64,000 bases of DNA from NCBI GenBank assembly GCA_002633005.1, contig NMRA01000108.1:477006-541005 (forward strand), in the 5' to 3' direction. Positions 63,869 through 64,000 of this stretch are shown in pieces (within the stretch, counting starts at the first letter, position 1; each line of letters starts with the position of its first letter). The notes below the pieces were generated by a model, which saw only the letters and a list, made by a program, of their open reading frames with translations, made no database searches and was not told where the DNA came from. The position numbers and the translations under genes were made by a program. This stretch comes from Phoronis australis. Lineage: Eukaryota; Animalia; Phoronida.

Positions 63869-64000
63869 GTAAATGTCGGTCTGACGACTGTCACAAAGGC
63901 TGGGTTATTCCCATTTACTGGATGACCGGCTCACGATAAAGTTTCAATGAATGCCCAACGTTACCTGAGAGTGATAATGAAATATGACACCGCCAAAATT

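Overview
Intron-rich animal genomic DNA from a draft assembly with N-gaps and duplicated haplotypes; the host is a non-vertebrate, since it carries a cellular RdRP. Four genes were reconstructed by hand from splice sites and codon phases. (1) The 3' end of CCDC39 (+, 503-3425). (2) A ~29 kb minus-strand gene (4637-33752) in which a eukaryotic RNAi-type RNA-dependent RNA polymerase (DLDGD intact) splices through a BACK-like/unknown linker into a UPF1/Hrr1-like SF1 helicase with an RG/RGG-rich tail. This copy has an in-frame TGA and a frameshift, and its Walker A exon is absent next to a contig break. (3) A three-exon NadR/Ttd14-type (AAA_28) P-loop kinase gene (+, 47386-51771). (4) Seven coding exons of a CYP19/aromatase-like P450 with vertebrate-like intron positions (+, 55966 to beyond the window end). 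Introns hold MITEs, Helentron-like elements, SINE and LINE relics, and a minisatellite that multiplies a helicase splice acceptor. The best candidate for a new system is the RdRP-helicase fusion, followed by the invertebrate aromatase.
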